64,000 nt of DNA from Pseudomonadota bacterium (GCA_020161695.1 JAIUOO010000003.1:168043-232042); one strand, 5' to 3'; numbered from the stretch's first letter, positions 19,353 to 29,640 are shown. Made by a program: numbers and translations. The notes: generated by a model from the letters alone, not told the origin.

Positions 19353-22037
19353 TCAGGCAGCCAGATCGCGCAGCACGTACTGCAGGATGCCGCCGTTCTT
19401 GAAGTACTCGATCTCGTCCAGCGTATCGATGCGGCAGAGGATCGGCACCTTCTTGACGGTGCCGTCGGCGAAGGTCACCTCGGCTTCCATCTTCTGGCGC
19501 GGCTTGACCGTCTCCAGGCCCTGGATGGCCACCGTCTCGTCGCCCTTCAGGCCGAGCGAGGCCCAGGTCGTGCCTTCCTCGAGCGTGAACGGCACGACGC
19601 CCATGCCGACCAGGTTCGAGCGATGGATGCGCTCGAAGGACTGGGCGATCACCGCGCGCACGCCGAGCAGATTGGTGCCCTTGGCAGCCCAGTCGCGCGA
19701 CGAGCCGTTGCCGTATTCGACACCGGCGAAGATCACCAGCGGCACCTTCTCGGCGCGGTACTTCATCGCGGCGTCGTAGATCGGCATCTCCTCCTTGGAG
19801 GGATAGTGGATCGTGAAGCCGCCTTCCTTGCCGTTCGGGCCCATCATGTGGTTGCGGATGCGGATGTTGGCGAAAGTGCCGCGCATCATCACCTCATGAT
19901 TGCCGCGACGCGTGCCGTACTGGTTGAAGTCGGCCACCTCGACATGGTTGTCGATGAGATACTTGCCCGCCGGGCTCGCCGCCTTGATCGAACCGGCCGG
20001 CGAGATGTGGTCGGTGGTGATCTTGTCGCCGAGCAGGGCGAGAACGCGCGCACCCTTGATGTCGGTGATCGCGCCCGGCTTCATGCCCATGCCGACGAAA
20101 TAGGGCGGGTTCTGCACATAGGTCGAACCATCGTCCCAGGCATAGGTCTGGCCCGAGGGAGCCTGCACCGCGCCCCAGTTCTCGTCGCCCTTGAACACGT
20201 CGGCATATTTGGACTGGAACAGCTTGTTGGTGACGTGCTTGGCGATGAAGGCGTTGATCTCCTGCGACGACGGCCAGATGTCGCGCAGATAGACCGGCTT
20301 GCCGTCCGAACCCGTGCCGAGCGGCTCCTTGGTGAGGTCGGTATTGACCGTGCCGGCGAGGGCATGGGCCACGACCAGCGGCGGCGAGGCGAGGTAGTTC
20401 GCCTGCACGTCGGGGGAGACGCGACCCTCGAAGTTGCGGTTGCCGGAGAGCACGGCGGCGGCGATCAGGCCGCTGTCGTTGATGGCCTTCGAGATTTCCG
20501 CCGGCAGCGGGCCGGAATTGCCGATGCAGGTGGTGCAGCCGAAGCCGACCAGGTTGAAGCCGAGCTTGTCGAGGTCGGTCTGCAGGCCGGACTCCGCGAG
20601 ATATTCGGCGACGACTTGGCTGCCGGGAGCGAGCGAGGTCTTCACCCAGGGCTTCGACTTCAGGCCCTTGGCCACCGCATTGCGCGCCAGGAGGCCAGCG
20701 GCGAACAGCACGGCCGGGTTCGACGTGTTGGTGCAGGAGGTGATGGCGGCGATGACGACATCGCCGTGGCCGATCGTGAAGTCACGGCCCTCGACCGCGA
20801 CGCGGCGCGAGATCTCGGCGGACTTCTTGTAGTCGGTCTCCATGGCGGAGACGAAGCCGGCACCGACGGCTTCCAGCGCGACGCGGCCCTCGGGCCGCTT
20901 CGGGCCGGCCATGGACGGCACGACCTGACCGAGGTCAAGCTCAAGCGTGTCGGTGAAGACCGGGTCGGCGGCGCCGTCGAGGCGGAACATGCCCTGCGCC
21001 TTCGAATAGGCCTCCACCAGCGCGATGCGCTCGGGCTTGCGGCCCGACGTGGTCAGGTAGTTCAGCGTCTCGCCGTCGACGGGGAAGAAGCCGCAGGTCG
21101 CGCCGTATTCCGGACCCATATTCGCGATGGTGGCGCGGTCGGCCAGCGTCATGTTGCCGAGGCCCTCGCCGAAGAACTCGACGAACTTGCCGACGACGCC
21201 CTTCTTGCGGAGCATCTGGGTGACGGTCAGCACGAGGTCGGTGGCGGTGACGCCTTCCTTCAGCTTGCCGGTCAGGCGGAAGCCGATGACCTCGGGCAGC
21301 AGCATGGACTGCGGCTGTCCCAGCATGGCGGCCTCGGCCTCGATGCCGCCGACACCCCAGCCGAGAACGGCCAGGCCGTTGACCATGGTCGTGTGGCTGT
21401 CGGTGCCGACCAGCGTGTCCGGATAGGCGATGGTCTCGCCGTCCTCGTCCTTGGTCCACACCGTCTGGGAGAGGTATTCGAGGTTCACCTGGTGGCAGAT
21501 GCCGGTGCCGGGCGGCACCACCGAGAAATTCTTGAACGCCTGCTGGCCCCATTTCAGGAAGCGGTAGCGCTCGCCGTTGCGGGCATATTCGAGGTCGACG
21601 TTCTGCTTGAAGGCCTTCGGCGTGCCGAACTCGTCGACGATGACCGAGTGGTCGATGACGAGATCGACCGGCACCAGCGGGTTGATCTTCTGGGGGTCGC
21701 CGCCGAGCGCCTTCATGGCGTCGCGCATGGCCGCGAGATCGACGACGGCGGGAACGCCGGTGAAATCCTGCATCAGCACGCGGGCCGGACGGAAGGCGAT
21801 TTCCTTGCCGGCCTTGCCCTTGTCGTTCAGCCAGGCGGCGACGCCCTCGATGTCGGCCTTGGTCACCGAGCGGCCGTCCTCGGCGCGCAGCAGGTTCTCG
21901 AGCAGCACCTTCATCGAGAAGGGAAGCGCCGAAATGCCCTTCAGGCCGTTCTTTTCGGCTTCAACGAGGCTGAAATAGACGTAGGACTTGTCCCCGACCT
22001 GCAGCGTCTTCCGGGCCTTGAAACTGTCGACCGACAT
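19353..22037 (-). CDS. acnA: Aconitate hydratase AcnA
   Basis: Start MSVDSFKARKTLQVGDKSYVYFSL. Fe-S ligand regions ITSCTNTSNP and GFGCTTCIGNSGPL. About 894 aa. Confidence 0.96.
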   Translation of the reverse strand: MSVDSFKARKTLQVGDKSYVYFSLVEAEKNGLKGISALPFSMKVLLENLLRAEDGRSVTKADIEGVAAWLNDKGKAGKEIAFRPARVLMQDFTGVPAVVDLAAMRDAMKALGGDPQKINPLVPVDLVIDHSVIVDEFGTPKAFKQNVDLEYARNGERYRFLKWGQQAFKNFSVVPPGTGICHQVNLEYLSQTVWTKDEDGETIAYPDTLVGTDSHTTMVNGLAVLGWGVGGIEAEAAMLGQPQSMLLPEVIGFRLTGKLKEGVTATDLVLTVTQMLRKKGVVGKFVEFFGEGLGNMTLADRATIANMGPEYGATCGFFPVDGETLNYLTTSGRKPERIALVEAYSKAQGMFRLDGAADPVFTDTLELDLGQVVPSMAGPKRPEGRVALEAVGAGFVSAMETDYKKSAEISRRVAVEGRDFTIGHGDVVIAAITSCTNTSNPAVLFAAGLLARNAVAKGLKSKPWVKTSLAPGSQVVAEYLAESGLQTDLDKLGFNLVGFGCTTCIGNSGPLPAEISKAINDSGLIAAAVLSGNRNFEGRVSPDVQANYLASPPLVVAHALAGTVNTDLTKEPLGTGSDGKPVYLRDIWPSSQEINAFIAKHVTNKLFQSKYADVFKGDENWGAVQAPSGQTYAWDDGSTYVQNPPYFVGMGMKPGAITDIKGARVLALLGDKITTDHISPAGSIKAASPAGKYLIDNHVEVADFNQYGTRRGNHEVMMRGTFANIRIRNHMMGPNGKEGGFTIHYPSKEEMPIYDAAMKYRAEKVPLVIFAGVEYGNGSSRDWAAKGTNLLGVRAVIAQSFERIHRSNLVGMGVVPFTLEEGTTWASLGLKGDETVAIQGLETVKPRQKMEAEVTFADGTVKKVPILCRIDTLDEIEYFKNGGILQYVLRDLAA

Positions 22038-22220
22038 GTGGCGATGATCCCCTCGAAAAGCGGAGGCCGACATCGCGCCCAAGGCGGGCGAAGTCAAATG
22101 ACGCGGAAGGCGCGGCGGCCGATCGCGCGCGTTATAGAGGGATTCCAATCAACCCGCTATATGGCAGGAACCCGTTATAGCCCCTTCGCAGATCACCCTT
22201 TCGTCGCGTAAGAGCCTGGT

Positions 22221-22823
22221 ATGTTCCGCCTCGTCGCCACCGACCTGACCTGCCGGCGCGGTGGCCGCACCGTGTTCCATGGGCTGTCCTTCGCCGCCTC
22301 CGGGGGCGAGGCGGTGCAGGTGACCGGACCGAACGGCTCGGGCAAGTCGAGCCTTCTGCGCCTCATCGCAGGGCTGGTGCCCGCCGATGAGGGGACTGTC
22401 GCGCTGGAAGGCGGCGATCCCGAGGCCGCCATCGGCGAGCAGGCGCACTATTGCGGCCATCAGGACGCTTTCAAGCCGTCGCTGACCGTCGCCGAGAACC
22501 TCGACTTCTGGACCGCTTTCCTCGGCGGCGGGGGCGAAGTCCGGCCGGCGCTCGCCCGCCTCGGCCTCGACCATCTCGCCGATCTGCCGGCGGGCTATCT
22601 CTCCGCCGGCCAGCGGCGGCGACTGGCTCTCGCGCGGCTGCTCACCGCGAAACGCCCGCTCTGGCTGCTGGACGAGCCGACCGCGGCGCTGGATGCGGCA
22701 AGCCAGAAGCTCTTGGCCGCCATCATGGCGGAGCATGTCGCCGCCGGCGGCGTCCTGCTGGCCGCCACCCACATGCCGCTCGGCATCGCCGCGCGGGAAC
22801 TCGCGCTCGGGGCCGCCCCATGA
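22221..22823 (+). CDS. ccmA: Heme exporter ATP-binding protein CcmA
   Basis: 200 aa. Walker A GPNGSGKSS, LSAGQRRRLALARLL, WLLDEPTAALD. Confidence 0.9.
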   Translation: MFRLVATDLTCRRGGRTVFHGLSFAASGGEAVQVTGPNGSGKSSLLRLIAGLVPADEGTVALEGGDPEAAIGEQAHYCGHQDAFKPSLTVAENLDFWTAFLGGGGEVRPALARLGLDHLADLPAGYLSAGQRRRLALARLLTAKRPLWLLDEPTAALDAASQKLLAAIMAEHVAAGGVLLAATHMPLGIAARELALGAAP

Positions 22824-23491
22824 GCCGCCCGCTCGCGGCCCTGTTCATGCGCGACCTGCGCCTCGCGGTCCGCGTCGGCGGCGGCGCGATGACCGGCATC
22901 GTCTTCTTCCTCGCGGTCGTCACCATCGTGCCCTTCGGCGTCGGGCCGGACATGAACCTGCTCGCGCGCATCGGCCCGGCGATCCTCTGGATCGGCGCGC
23001 TGCTGGCGACGCTGCTCGGCCTCGACCGGCTGTTCCAGGCCGATGCCGACGACGGTTCGCTCGACCTCCTGATGATGGGGCAGACGCCCTTGCCGCTGGT
23101 CGTCCTCGCCAAGGCCGCCGCGCACTGGATCGCCACCGGCCTGCCGCTGGTGATCGCCGCGCCCGTGCTCGGCCTTCTCGTCAACGTGCCGCCCGAGGCG
23201 CTCGGCGTCGTGGCGCTGACCCTCGCCGTGGGCACGCCGGCTCTCAGCCTCATCGGCGCGGTAGGGGCGGCGCTGGCGGTCAGTCTCAGACGTGGCGGGC
23301 TGCTGATGGCGATCCTGGTCTTGCCTCTGACCATTCCAGTGCTCATCTTCGGTGTCGCGGCGACGACGGCCGGCATCGTCGGGCCGCTGCCCTTCGGCCA
23401 GCCTTTCGTTGTGCTCCTCGCCTTGTCGCTGTTCGCCTGCGTGCTCGGCCCGGTGGCCGCCGCCGCGGCATTGCGTTTCGGCCTCGAATAG
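22820..23491 (+). CDS. ccmB: Heme exporter permease CcmB
   Basis: ATG at 22820 overlaps the ccmA stop (ATGA). MSRPLAALFMRDLRLAVRVGGGAMTGIVFFL and six TM-like segments. Confidence 0.9.
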   Translation: MSRPLAALFMRDLRLAVRVGGGAMTGIVFFLAVVTIVPFGVGPDMNLLARIGPAILWIGALLATLLGLDRLFQADADDGSLDLLMMGQTPLPLVVLAKAAAHWIATGLPLVIAAPVLGLLVNVPPEALGVVALTLAVGTPALSLIGAVGAALAVSLRRGGLLMAILVLPLTIPVLIFGVAATTAGIVGPLPFGQPFVVLLALSLFACVLGPVAAAAALRFGLE

Positions 23492-23567
23492 CGCCGTCGC
23501 GACCGTTTCGCCTTGTCCCGTTAACCGCGGGCCCTCATAATTGCCGACTCCATTCGAACCTGGACCG

Positions 23568-24200
23568 ATGAAGCCTCATTCGCCCTATTTCGACAGCATC
23601 CGCGTCAAGCCCGAGGACGACCGCCGCGCGGCCGCGCGCCCGGGCGTGCGCGTGTGCGCGCATGCGGACTGCAAGTGCGAGGCGACCCATCGCGCGCCGC
23701 TCGGCCGCGACCACGAGGGACAGTTCGTCTGGTTCTGCCTCGACCATGTCCGCGAGTACAATGCGGGCTACAATTACTTCGCCGGCATGAACGACGCCGC
23801 GGTCGCGGCCTACCAGAAGGATGCGATCACCGGCCACCGCCCGACCTGGAACATCGGCGTCAACGCCTGGAACAAGGATGGCCGGCGCGAGGGGGCCGAA
23901 ACCCGCTTCGACCCGCGCAAGGCGCGCGATCCCTTCGGCATGTTCGAGGGCGCCGAGTGGCGCCATGCCAGCGAACGCGCGGCCGAGCCCGAAGGCCGGA
24001 TGATCCGCAATGCCGAGCGCAAGGCTCTCGACACGCTGAATCTCGACATCCACGCGACCGCCGTGGAGATCAAGGCGCGGTTCAAGGAGCTCGCCAAACG
24101 GCATCATCCCGACGCCAATGGCGGCGACCGCTCGCGCGAGGACAAGCTGCGCGAGATCATTCAGGCCTATAACTACCTGAAATCCGTCGGCTTCTGCTGA
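23568..24200 (+). CDS. J-domain protein with an N-terminal Cys/His-rich region
   Basis: C-terminal J domain with HPD (IKARFKELAKRHHPDANGGD...KLREIIQAYNYL). The N-terminal part contains CAHADCKCEATH...FCLDH. Confidence 0.8.
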   Translation: MKPHSPYFDSIRVKPEDDRRAAARPGVRVCAHADCKCEATHRAPLGRDHEGQFVWFCLDHVREYNAGYNYFAGMNDAAVAAYQKDAITGHRPTWNIGVNAWNKDGRREGAETRFDPRKARDPFGMFEGAEWRHASERAAEPEGRMIRNAERKALDTLNLDIHATAVEIKARFKELAKRHHPDANGGDRSREDKLREIIQAYNYLKSVGFC

Positions 24201-24357
24201 CGCGGCCTCTGCGCTGCGCGAATCCCGCCCATCAGAAAAGCGAATGGCATTCCCGCAAAGGGCACCCTTCCGGGCGTGCGCTGCGATCTGGTAAGGTTGC
24301 TCCGATCACATCAAGACGTGGCTCGCCGCGCCCGTCGCGGCATCGGAGGTTTCTTTC

Positions 24358-25347
24358 GTGACAGTGCAGGCTGAAAAAGTGTCCGGCCTCCCGGATACCA
24401 CCCTTTCCGTGCGCAAGGTGTTCGGAATCGATTCCGACATGACCGTCCCCGCCTATTCCGAAGGCGGCGATCATGTGCCGGATCTCGATTCGGACTACCT
24501 GTTCGACAAGGCGACGACGCTGGCGATCCTCGCCGGCTTCGCCTTCAATCGCCGCGTGATGGTCTCGGGCTATCACGGCACCGGCAAGTCGACCCATATC
24601 GAACAGGTCGCCGCCCGCCTCAACTGGCCCTGCATCCGCGTCAATCTCGACAGCCACGTCTCGCGTATCGACCTCGTCGGCAAGGACGCGATCGTGCTGA
24701 AGGACGGCAAGCAGGTCACCGAATTCCGCGACGGCATCCTGCCCTGGGCCTACCAGCACAATGTCGCGCTCTGCTTCGACGAATATGATGCCGGCCGCCC
24801 GGACGTGATGTTCGTCATCCAGCGCGTGCTGGAATCCTCGGGCCGCCTCACCCTGCTCGACCAGAGCCGCGTGATCCGCCCGCACGCCGCCTTCCGCCTG
24901 TTCGCCACCGCCAACACGGTCGGCCTCGGCGACACGACCGGCCTCTATCACGGCACGCAGCAGATCAACCAGGCGCAGATGGACCGCTGGTCCATCGTCA
25001 CCACGCTGAACTACCTGCCGCACGACAACGAGGTCGGCATCATCCTCGCCAAGGCGAAGAATTTCGCCAAGACGGCCGAGGGTCGCGATCAGGTGAACAA
25101 GATGGTGCGTGTCGCGGACCTCACCCGCAACGCCTTCATGAACGGCGACCTGTCGACCGTCATGTCGCCGCGCACGGTGCTGACCTGGGCCGAGAACGCC
25201 GACATCTTCAAGGATATCGGCTTCGCCTTCCGCCTGACCTTCCTGAACAAGTGCGACGAACTCGAGCGCACCCTCGTCGCCGAGTTCTACCAGCGCTGCT
25301 TCGGGCAGGAGCTGCCGGAGAGCGCGGTCAACGTGGCGCTGAGCTGA
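24358..25347 (+). CDS. cobS: CobS-type AAA+ (MoxR-like) ATPase, annotated in this family as cobaltochelatase subunit CobS
   Basis: GTG start after GGAGG. Walker [13 protein letters not shown], Walker [15 protein letters not shown]. 329 aa, the typical length. Confidence 0.9.
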   Translation: MTVQAEKVSGLPDTTLSVRKVFGIDSDMTVPAYSEGGDHVPDLDSDYLFDKATTLAILAGFAFNRRVMVSGYHGTGKSTHIEQVAARLNWPCIRVNLDSHVSRIDLVGKDAIVLKDGKQVTEFRDGILPWAYQHNVALCFDEYDAGRPDVMFVIQRVLESSGRLTLLDQSRVIRPHAAFRLFATANTVGLGDTTGLYHGTQQINQAQMDRWSIVTTLNYLPHDNEVGIILAKAKNFAKTAEGRDQVNKMVRVADLTRNAFMNGDLSTVMSPRTVLTWAENADIFKDIGFAFRLTFLNKCDELERTLVAEFYQRCFGQELPESAVNVALS

Positions 25348-25366
25348 GCGGGTTCGGAGACGAAGC

Positions 25367-25813
25367 GTGGCCGGCCGGACGAAAATCTCCAGTGCCGGCC
25401 TCGCCATCGTCGAGGAAGCCCGCTTCGGCGAGACCGCCCGAGCGGTGCTGAAGGGCCTCGTCGCCTACAACACGGCCAGGGCCGGCAAGACGAAGTGGAA
25501 ACGCTTCGCCGTCTCGGCCCGTGGTGAGGATGGCGCGATCCGCGGCGGCCTCGTCGGTCATACCGCGTGGAACTGGTGCTTCGTCGAACTGCTCTGGATC
25601 GACGAGGCGCTGCGCGGAACCGGCATCGGCACCGGCCTGATCGCCAAGGCCGAGGCCATCGCGGTGAAGCGGGGCGCGACCCATATCTATCTGGACACGT
25701 TCTCGTTCCAGGGCGACGGCTTCTACCAGAAGCTTGGCTATGAGGTTTTCGGCGAACTGGACGACTTTCCGCCCGGGCATCGCCGCATCTGGCTGAAAAA
25801 GGATCTTGCGTGA
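25367..25813 (+). CDS. GNAT-family N-acetyltransferase
   Basis: 148 aa. Acetyl-CoA-binding-like motif [29 protein letters not shown] and C-terminal [12 protein letters not shown]. Confidence 0.75.
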   Translation: MAGRTKISSAGLAIVEEARFGETARAVLKGLVAYNTARAGKTKWKRFAVSARGEDGAIRGGLVGHTAWNWCFVELLWIDEALRGTGIGTGLIAKAEAIAVKRGATHIYLDTFSFQGDGFYQKLGYEVFGELDDFPPGHRRIWLKKDLA

Positions 25814-27711
25814 GCTCCAATTCCAAGGCCAAGCCGAATACGAAGGAAAGCCCGACCGAGCCCTTCAAGCGGTCGGTCGCCTCCTGCATGCGCGCCATCG
25901 CCCGGCGCGACCTCGAAGTCACCTATGCAGCCGACAAGCCGGGCCTCGCCGGCGACAAGGCGCGCCTGCCGGAGCCGCCGCGCAAGCTCTCGCCGAAGGA
26001 CGCCGCCGTCGTGCGCGGCCATGGCGACGCCATGGCGCTGCGCCTCGCCGTCCACAACGCCAAGATCCACCGCTCGGTTCTGCCCGACGGCCAGCAGGCC
26101 CGCGCCGTCTTCGAGGCAGTGGAGAACGCCCGCATCGAGGCCATCGGCTCCAATCGCATGGCGGGCGTCGCCAAGAACCTCACCGCCCGGCTGGAAGACC
26201 ACTACCACCGCATGGGCAAGTACGAGGACATCACCGACAAGGCCGATGCGCCGATCGAGGATGCCCTCGCGCTGATGGTGCGCGAGCGCCTGACCGGCCA
26301 GAAGGCGCCGGCCGAGGCCGCCAGGATCGTCGACCTCTGGCGCGACACCATCGAGGCCAAGGCGGGCAAGAACCTCGAGAACCTCGTCGGCCTCGAGAAC
26401 GACCAGCGCGCCTTCGGCAAGGCCGTCCGCGACCTCTTGACCTCGCTCGACATGGGCGACGAGCAGGGCCGCTCCGACGACGAGGACAATCAGGACGATT
26501 CCGACAGCCAGGAGCAGGAGAGCCCGGAATCCGGCGAGAGCCCGGACAGCCAGGACGAGGAATCCTCCGAAGGCATGCAGATGGAGGACGCCGAGGAGAT
26601 GGCCGACGAGTCGCCCGACGGCGCTCAGGAGGCCTCCGACGCGGAAACCGCCGAACTGCCCGACGAGAACGATCTCGGCGACGCCGAGGACGCCTCCGAG
26701 CCGTGGCGGCCGAAATCGCAGGGCAACGAGCGCAAGGGGCCGGACTACAAGCCCTTCACGCCGAAATTCGACGAGATCATCGACGCGCCGGACCTCTGCG
26801 ACGCCGAGGAACTGGACCGGCTGCGCGCCTATCTCGACAAGCAGCTCTCCCACCTCGGCCCGGTGGTGGCGAGGCTCGCCAACCGCCTGCAGCGCAGGCT
26901 GATGGCGCAGCAGAACCGCTCGTGGAACTTCGACCTGGAAGAGGGCATCCTCGATCCGGCCCGCCTGCCGCGCGTCATCATGGACCCGATGGCGGCGCTG
27001 TCGTTCAAGCAGGAGAGCGACACCAAGTTCCGCGACACGGTGGTGACGCTGCTGCTCGACAATTCCGGCTCCATGCGCGGCCGGCCGATCACCGTCGCCG
27101 CGACCTGCGCCGACATCCTCGCGCGCACGCTGGAGCGCTGCGGCGTGAAGGTCGAGATCCTCGGCTTCACTACCCGCGCCTGGAAGGGCGGGCAGGCCCG
27201 CGAGTTCTGGCTGCAGAATGGCAAGCCGGCCAATCCGGGCCGCCTCAACGACCTCCGCCACATCATCTACAAGGCGGCTGACGCGCCCTGGCGCCGCGCG
27301 CGCAAGAATCTCGGCCTGATGATGCGCGAGGGTCTCCTGAAGGAGAACATCGATGGCGAGGCGCTCGACTGGGCCCACAAGCGCCTGCTCGGCCGCTCCG
27401 AACAGCGCAAGATCCTGATGATGATCTCGGACGGCGCCCCGGTCGACGATTCCACCCTGTCGGTGAACCCGGGCAATTACCTGGAGCGGCACCTGCGCTG
27501 GGTGATCGAGGAGATCGAGACTCGCTCGCCGGTGGAGCTCATCGCCATCGGCATCGGCCACGACGTGACGCGCTACTATCGCCGCGCCGTGACCATCGTC
27601 GATGCCGAGGAACTCGGCGGCGCGATGACCGAGAAGCTGGCGGAGCTCTTCGACGAGAACGCGCCGGAAGGCGCGCGCACGCCGCAGCCGCCCCGCCGCA
27701 AGGTCGCCTGA
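25810..27711 (+). CDS. cobT: CobT-type vWA-domain protein, annotated in this family as cobaltochelatase subunit CobT
   Basis: GTG overlaps the GNAT stop (GTGA). CobT-like N-terminus. A long acidic tract ([21 protein letters not shown]...). C-terminal vWA/MIDAS-like region [16 protein letters not shown]. Confidence 0.88.
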   Translation: MSSNSKAKPNTKESPTEPFKRSVASCMRAIARRDLEVTYAADKPGLAGDKARLPEPPRKLSPKDAAVVRGHGDAMALRLAVHNAKIHRSVLPDGQQARAVFEAVENARIEAIGSNRMAGVAKNLTARLEDHYHRMGKYEDITDKADAPIEDALALMVRERLTGQKAPAEAARIVDLWRDTIEAKAGKNLENLVGLENDQRAFGKAVRDLLTSLDMGDEQGRSDDEDNQDDSDSQEQESPESGESPDSQDEESSEGMQMEDAEEMADESPDGAQEASDAETAELPDENDLGDAEDASEPWRPKSQGNERKGPDYKPFTPKFDEIIDAPDLCDAEELDRLRAYLDKQLSHLGPVVARLANRLQRRLMAQQNRSWNFDLEEGILDPARLPRVIMDPMAALSFKQESDTKFRDTVVTLLLDNSGSMRGRPITVAATCADILARTLERCGVKVEILGFTTRAWKGGQAREFWLQNGKPANPGRLNDLRHIIYKAADAPWRRARKNLGLMMREGLLKENIDGEALDWAHKRLLGRSEQRKILMMISDGAPVDDSTLSVNPGNYLERHLRWVIEEIETRSPVELIAIGIGHDVTRYYRRAVTIVDAEELGGAMTEKLAELFDENAPEGARTPQPPRRKVA

Positions 27712-28733
27712 TGGACCGACGCAGGGCGCTGGGTCTCGCCGGCGGCCTGGCCGTCGCGGGCGCCTTCCCGCGGGTCGCGGCGGCGCAGCAGCGCGGCGTG
27801 CCGGCGGCGGCGGATATCGTCGTCCGCTCGTTCCCGATCAACGCCTTCATGCCGTCCGACAACGGCAAGACCCGCTTCGGCCAGCTGGAATTTCGCGGCG
27901 GGCTCGAACTGCAGTCGGATCACGGCGCCTTCGGCGGCTTTTCCTCCATCCGCATGGATGCGACGGGGCAGCGGCTCACCGCGATCAGCGACAAGGGCCA
28001 GTGGCTCACCGCCCGCGTCGACATGGAGGGGCCGAAGCTGTCCGGCCTGTCGCAGGCGCGCATGGCGCCGATCCTCGGGCCCAACGGGCGGCCACTGGCG
28101 TCCACCGGCAACTGGGACACGGAATCGCTCTGGATCGAGGGCGGCACGGCCTGGATCGGCGTCGAGCGCACGCACCGCATCTTCCGCTTCGACACGTTCG
28201 GCCGCGACGGGCTGAATGCCCGCGGCGCGCCCATGCCCGTGCCGATGGGCAACAACCGCCTGCCGTCGAACCGCGGCATCGAGGCGCTCGGCATCCTGCC
28301 CCGCCCCTCGCCGCTGGCCGGGACGCTGCTCGCCGTCTCCGAGCGCGGCCTCAACGCCACCGGCGATATCCGCGCCTTCCTGATCGGCCGTGGCGACCCC
28401 GCCGAGGTCTTCGTCAAGCGCACCAACGATTTCGACGTCACCGACCTCGCCTTCCTGCCCAGCGGCGACCTTCTGCTGCTGGAGCGCTGGTTTTCGGCCT
28501 GGCGCGGCGTCGCCTTCCGCATCCGCCGCATCGACCTCGCGGCGATCCGGGCGGGCGCGACGGTGGACGGGCCGATCGTCATGTCGGCGGACATGACCGG
28601 CCAGATCGACAATATGGAGGGGCTCGCGACCCATCGGAATGCCGAGGGCGAGACGATCCTGACCATCGTCTCCGACAACAACTTCTCCTTCCTCCAGCGC
28701 ACGCTGCTGCTGCAATTCGCCTGGAAGGGCTGA
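27711..28733 (+). CDS. Secreted protein of the 'esterase-like activity of phytase' family
   Basis: ATG shares one nt with the cobT stop (TGATG). Tat-like signal [27 protein letters not shown]. The family call is from overall resemblance, by memory. Confidence 0.65.
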   Translation: MDRRRALGLAGGLAVAGAFPRVAAAQQRGVPAAADIVVRSFPINAFMPSDNGKTRFGQLEFRGGLELQSDHGAFGGFSSIRMDATGQRLTAISDKGQWLTARVDMEGPKLSGLSQARMAPILGPNGRPLASTGNWDTESLWIEGGTAWIGVERTHRIFRFDTFGRDGLNARGAPMPVPMGNNRLPSNRGIEALGILPRPSPLAGTLLAVSERGLNATGDIRAFLIGRGDPAEVFVKRTNDFDVTDLAFLPSGDLLLLERWFSAWRGVAFRIRRIDLAAIRAGATVDGPIVMSADMTGQIDNMEGLATHRNAEGETILTIVSDNNFSFLQRTLLLQFAWKG

Positions 28734-28850
28734 GAAACCGACGCCAGATTGCCTCTGGCATGGCCGCGCAAAAGCGTGTATAGGCCCGCGTCTCAGAGAT
28801 TTCGCCGCCGCGCGGGCCTTCGGTCCCCGGCCACGCCAGAAGAGAGTTCC

Positions 28851-29042
28851 ATGGCCGTTCCGAGAAGAAAGACCTCGCCCTCGCGCCAGGGCATGCGCCG
28901 CTCGCATGACGGCCTCAAGGCCCCGACCTATGTCGAGGACAAGGACTCCGGCAACCTGCGCCGCCCGCACCATGTCGACCTGAAGACCGGCATGTATCGC
29001 GGCAAGCAGATCCTGAAGCCCAAGACGTCGACCAACGACTGA
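28851..29042 (+). CDS. rpmF: 50S ribosomal protein L32
   Basis: [43 protein letters not shown] is canonical L32. Confidence 0.95.
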   Translation: MAVPRRKTSPSRQGMRRSHDGLKAPTYVEDKDSGNLRRPHHVDLKTGMYRGKQILKPKTSTND

Positions 29043-29060
29043 TGTCGACCAACGACTGAT
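29027..29060 (+). repeat. 17-bp perfect tandem duplication spanning the rpmF stop codon
   Basis: GTCGACCAACGACTGAT occurs at 29027-29043 and again at 29044-29060. Confidence 0.9.
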
Positions 29061-29100
29061 GTCGTCCGCCCTGGCCTCCGGCCGGGCTGGTCAAACGAAA

Positions 29101-29124
29101 GCCGGTCTCGCGACCGGCTTTTTT
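29101..29124 (+). terminator. Intrinsic terminator after rpmF
   Basis: GCCGGTC-tcgc-GACCGGC followed by TTTTTTG. Confidence 0.8.
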
Positions 29125-29205
29125 GTTGTCTGGAGCGAGAGCGTCTTCAAGCGAAGCAGGCACCGCTCGCGCAAAGAAACGCGTCAGGAAAAGATACGGA
29201 GTGAT

Positions 29206-29640
29206 TCAGGCCCCGGTATCGGCCCTGAGGCCCGCTGCCTCGATGCCGGCCAGCGCGGCCAGTTCGTCATTGTCCGACGTATCGCCGGAAATGCCGACCG
29301 CTCCGAGCAGCGTGCCTGCGGCATCGCGGATCAGCACGCCACCCGGCACCGGGGTCAGCCGGTCGCGCGTCAGGCCGCCGAGGGCCGTGATGAAATGCGG
29401 GCGGTCGAGCGCCATCTTCTGCAAGGTCCTGCCGCCGACCCCGACGGCGACGCAGCCATAGGCCTTGCCGTGGGCGATATCGGCGCGCAGCAGCGCATTG
29501 CCGTCTTCGATGGCCGTCATCTTCACCGCTCCGCGCGCATCGACGACGACCACCCCGATCGGCTTGAAGTCATTGGCGCGTCCATGGGCGAGGGCCGCAT
29601 CGACAATGGTGCGGGCCTGGGCAAGGGTCAGTGCAGTCAT
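29206..29640 (-). CDS. GlcG/HbpS-like (DUF336) heme-binding protein
   Basis: Start MTALTLAQARTIVDAALAH after GGAG. Contains GGVLIRDAAGTLLGAVGISGDTSDNDE. Confidence 0.8.
   Translation of the reverse strand: MTALTLAQARTIVDAALAHGRANDFKPIGVVVVDARGAVKMTAIEDGNALLRADIAHGKAYGCVAVGVGGRTLQKMALDRPHFITALGGLTRDRLTPVPGGVLIRDAAGTLLGAVGISGDTSDNDELAALAGIEAAGLRADTGA

Noticed and set aside
18747-22211. A 1154-aa ORF on the plus strand
   Set aside because: It lies exactly antisense to acnA, whose product has unmistakable aconitase motifs. Its translation is Arg/Gly/Ala/Asp-rich low-complexity sequence, typical of antisense frames in high-GC DNA.
22038-22220. Repeated GTTATAG/GCTATAT motifs and a GATTccAATC mini-palindrome in the acnA-ccmA divergent spacer, considered as possible Irr/RirA iron boxes
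   Set aside because: They do not match the ICE (TTTAGAA-N3-TTCTAAA) or IRO (TGA-N9-TCA) patterns as I recall them. CTATAT-like hexamers are simply alphaproteobacterial -10-like sequences.
26440-26710. A highly acidic, repetitive-looking segment (runs of GAC/GAG/GAA codons)
   Set aside because: It is the in-frame acidic linker typical of CobT-family proteins ([15 protein letters not shown]...). It is not a tandem DNA repeat, a CRISPR-like array or a separate feature.
25738-27561. A 607-aa minus-strand ORF. Similar long antisense ORFs occur at 1388..3742, 15491..17173, 29678..31312, 31972..33729 and 58845..60518.
   Set aside because: All are mirror images of confidently identified genes (cobT, ptsP, the ABC ATPase and deacetylase-fold genes, the GGT-family gene, the GGDEF-EAL gene, the substrate-binding protein). 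All have biased Arg/Gly/Ala composition and no recognisable motifs. They are GC-driven stop-codon depletion, not overlapping genes.
29125-29205. An intergenic stretch after the rpmF terminator whose translation (..SESVFKRSRHRSRKETRQEKIRSDS..) resembles spurious peptides I associate with a dispersed Rhizobiales repeat. A second stretch at 43001..43075 (minus-strand ..EHDPDTWEPVFG..) is similar.
   Set aside because: The two stretches share no clear nucleotide similarity with each other or with anything else in this window. Repeat status therefore rests only on memory of other genomes and cannot be supported here.
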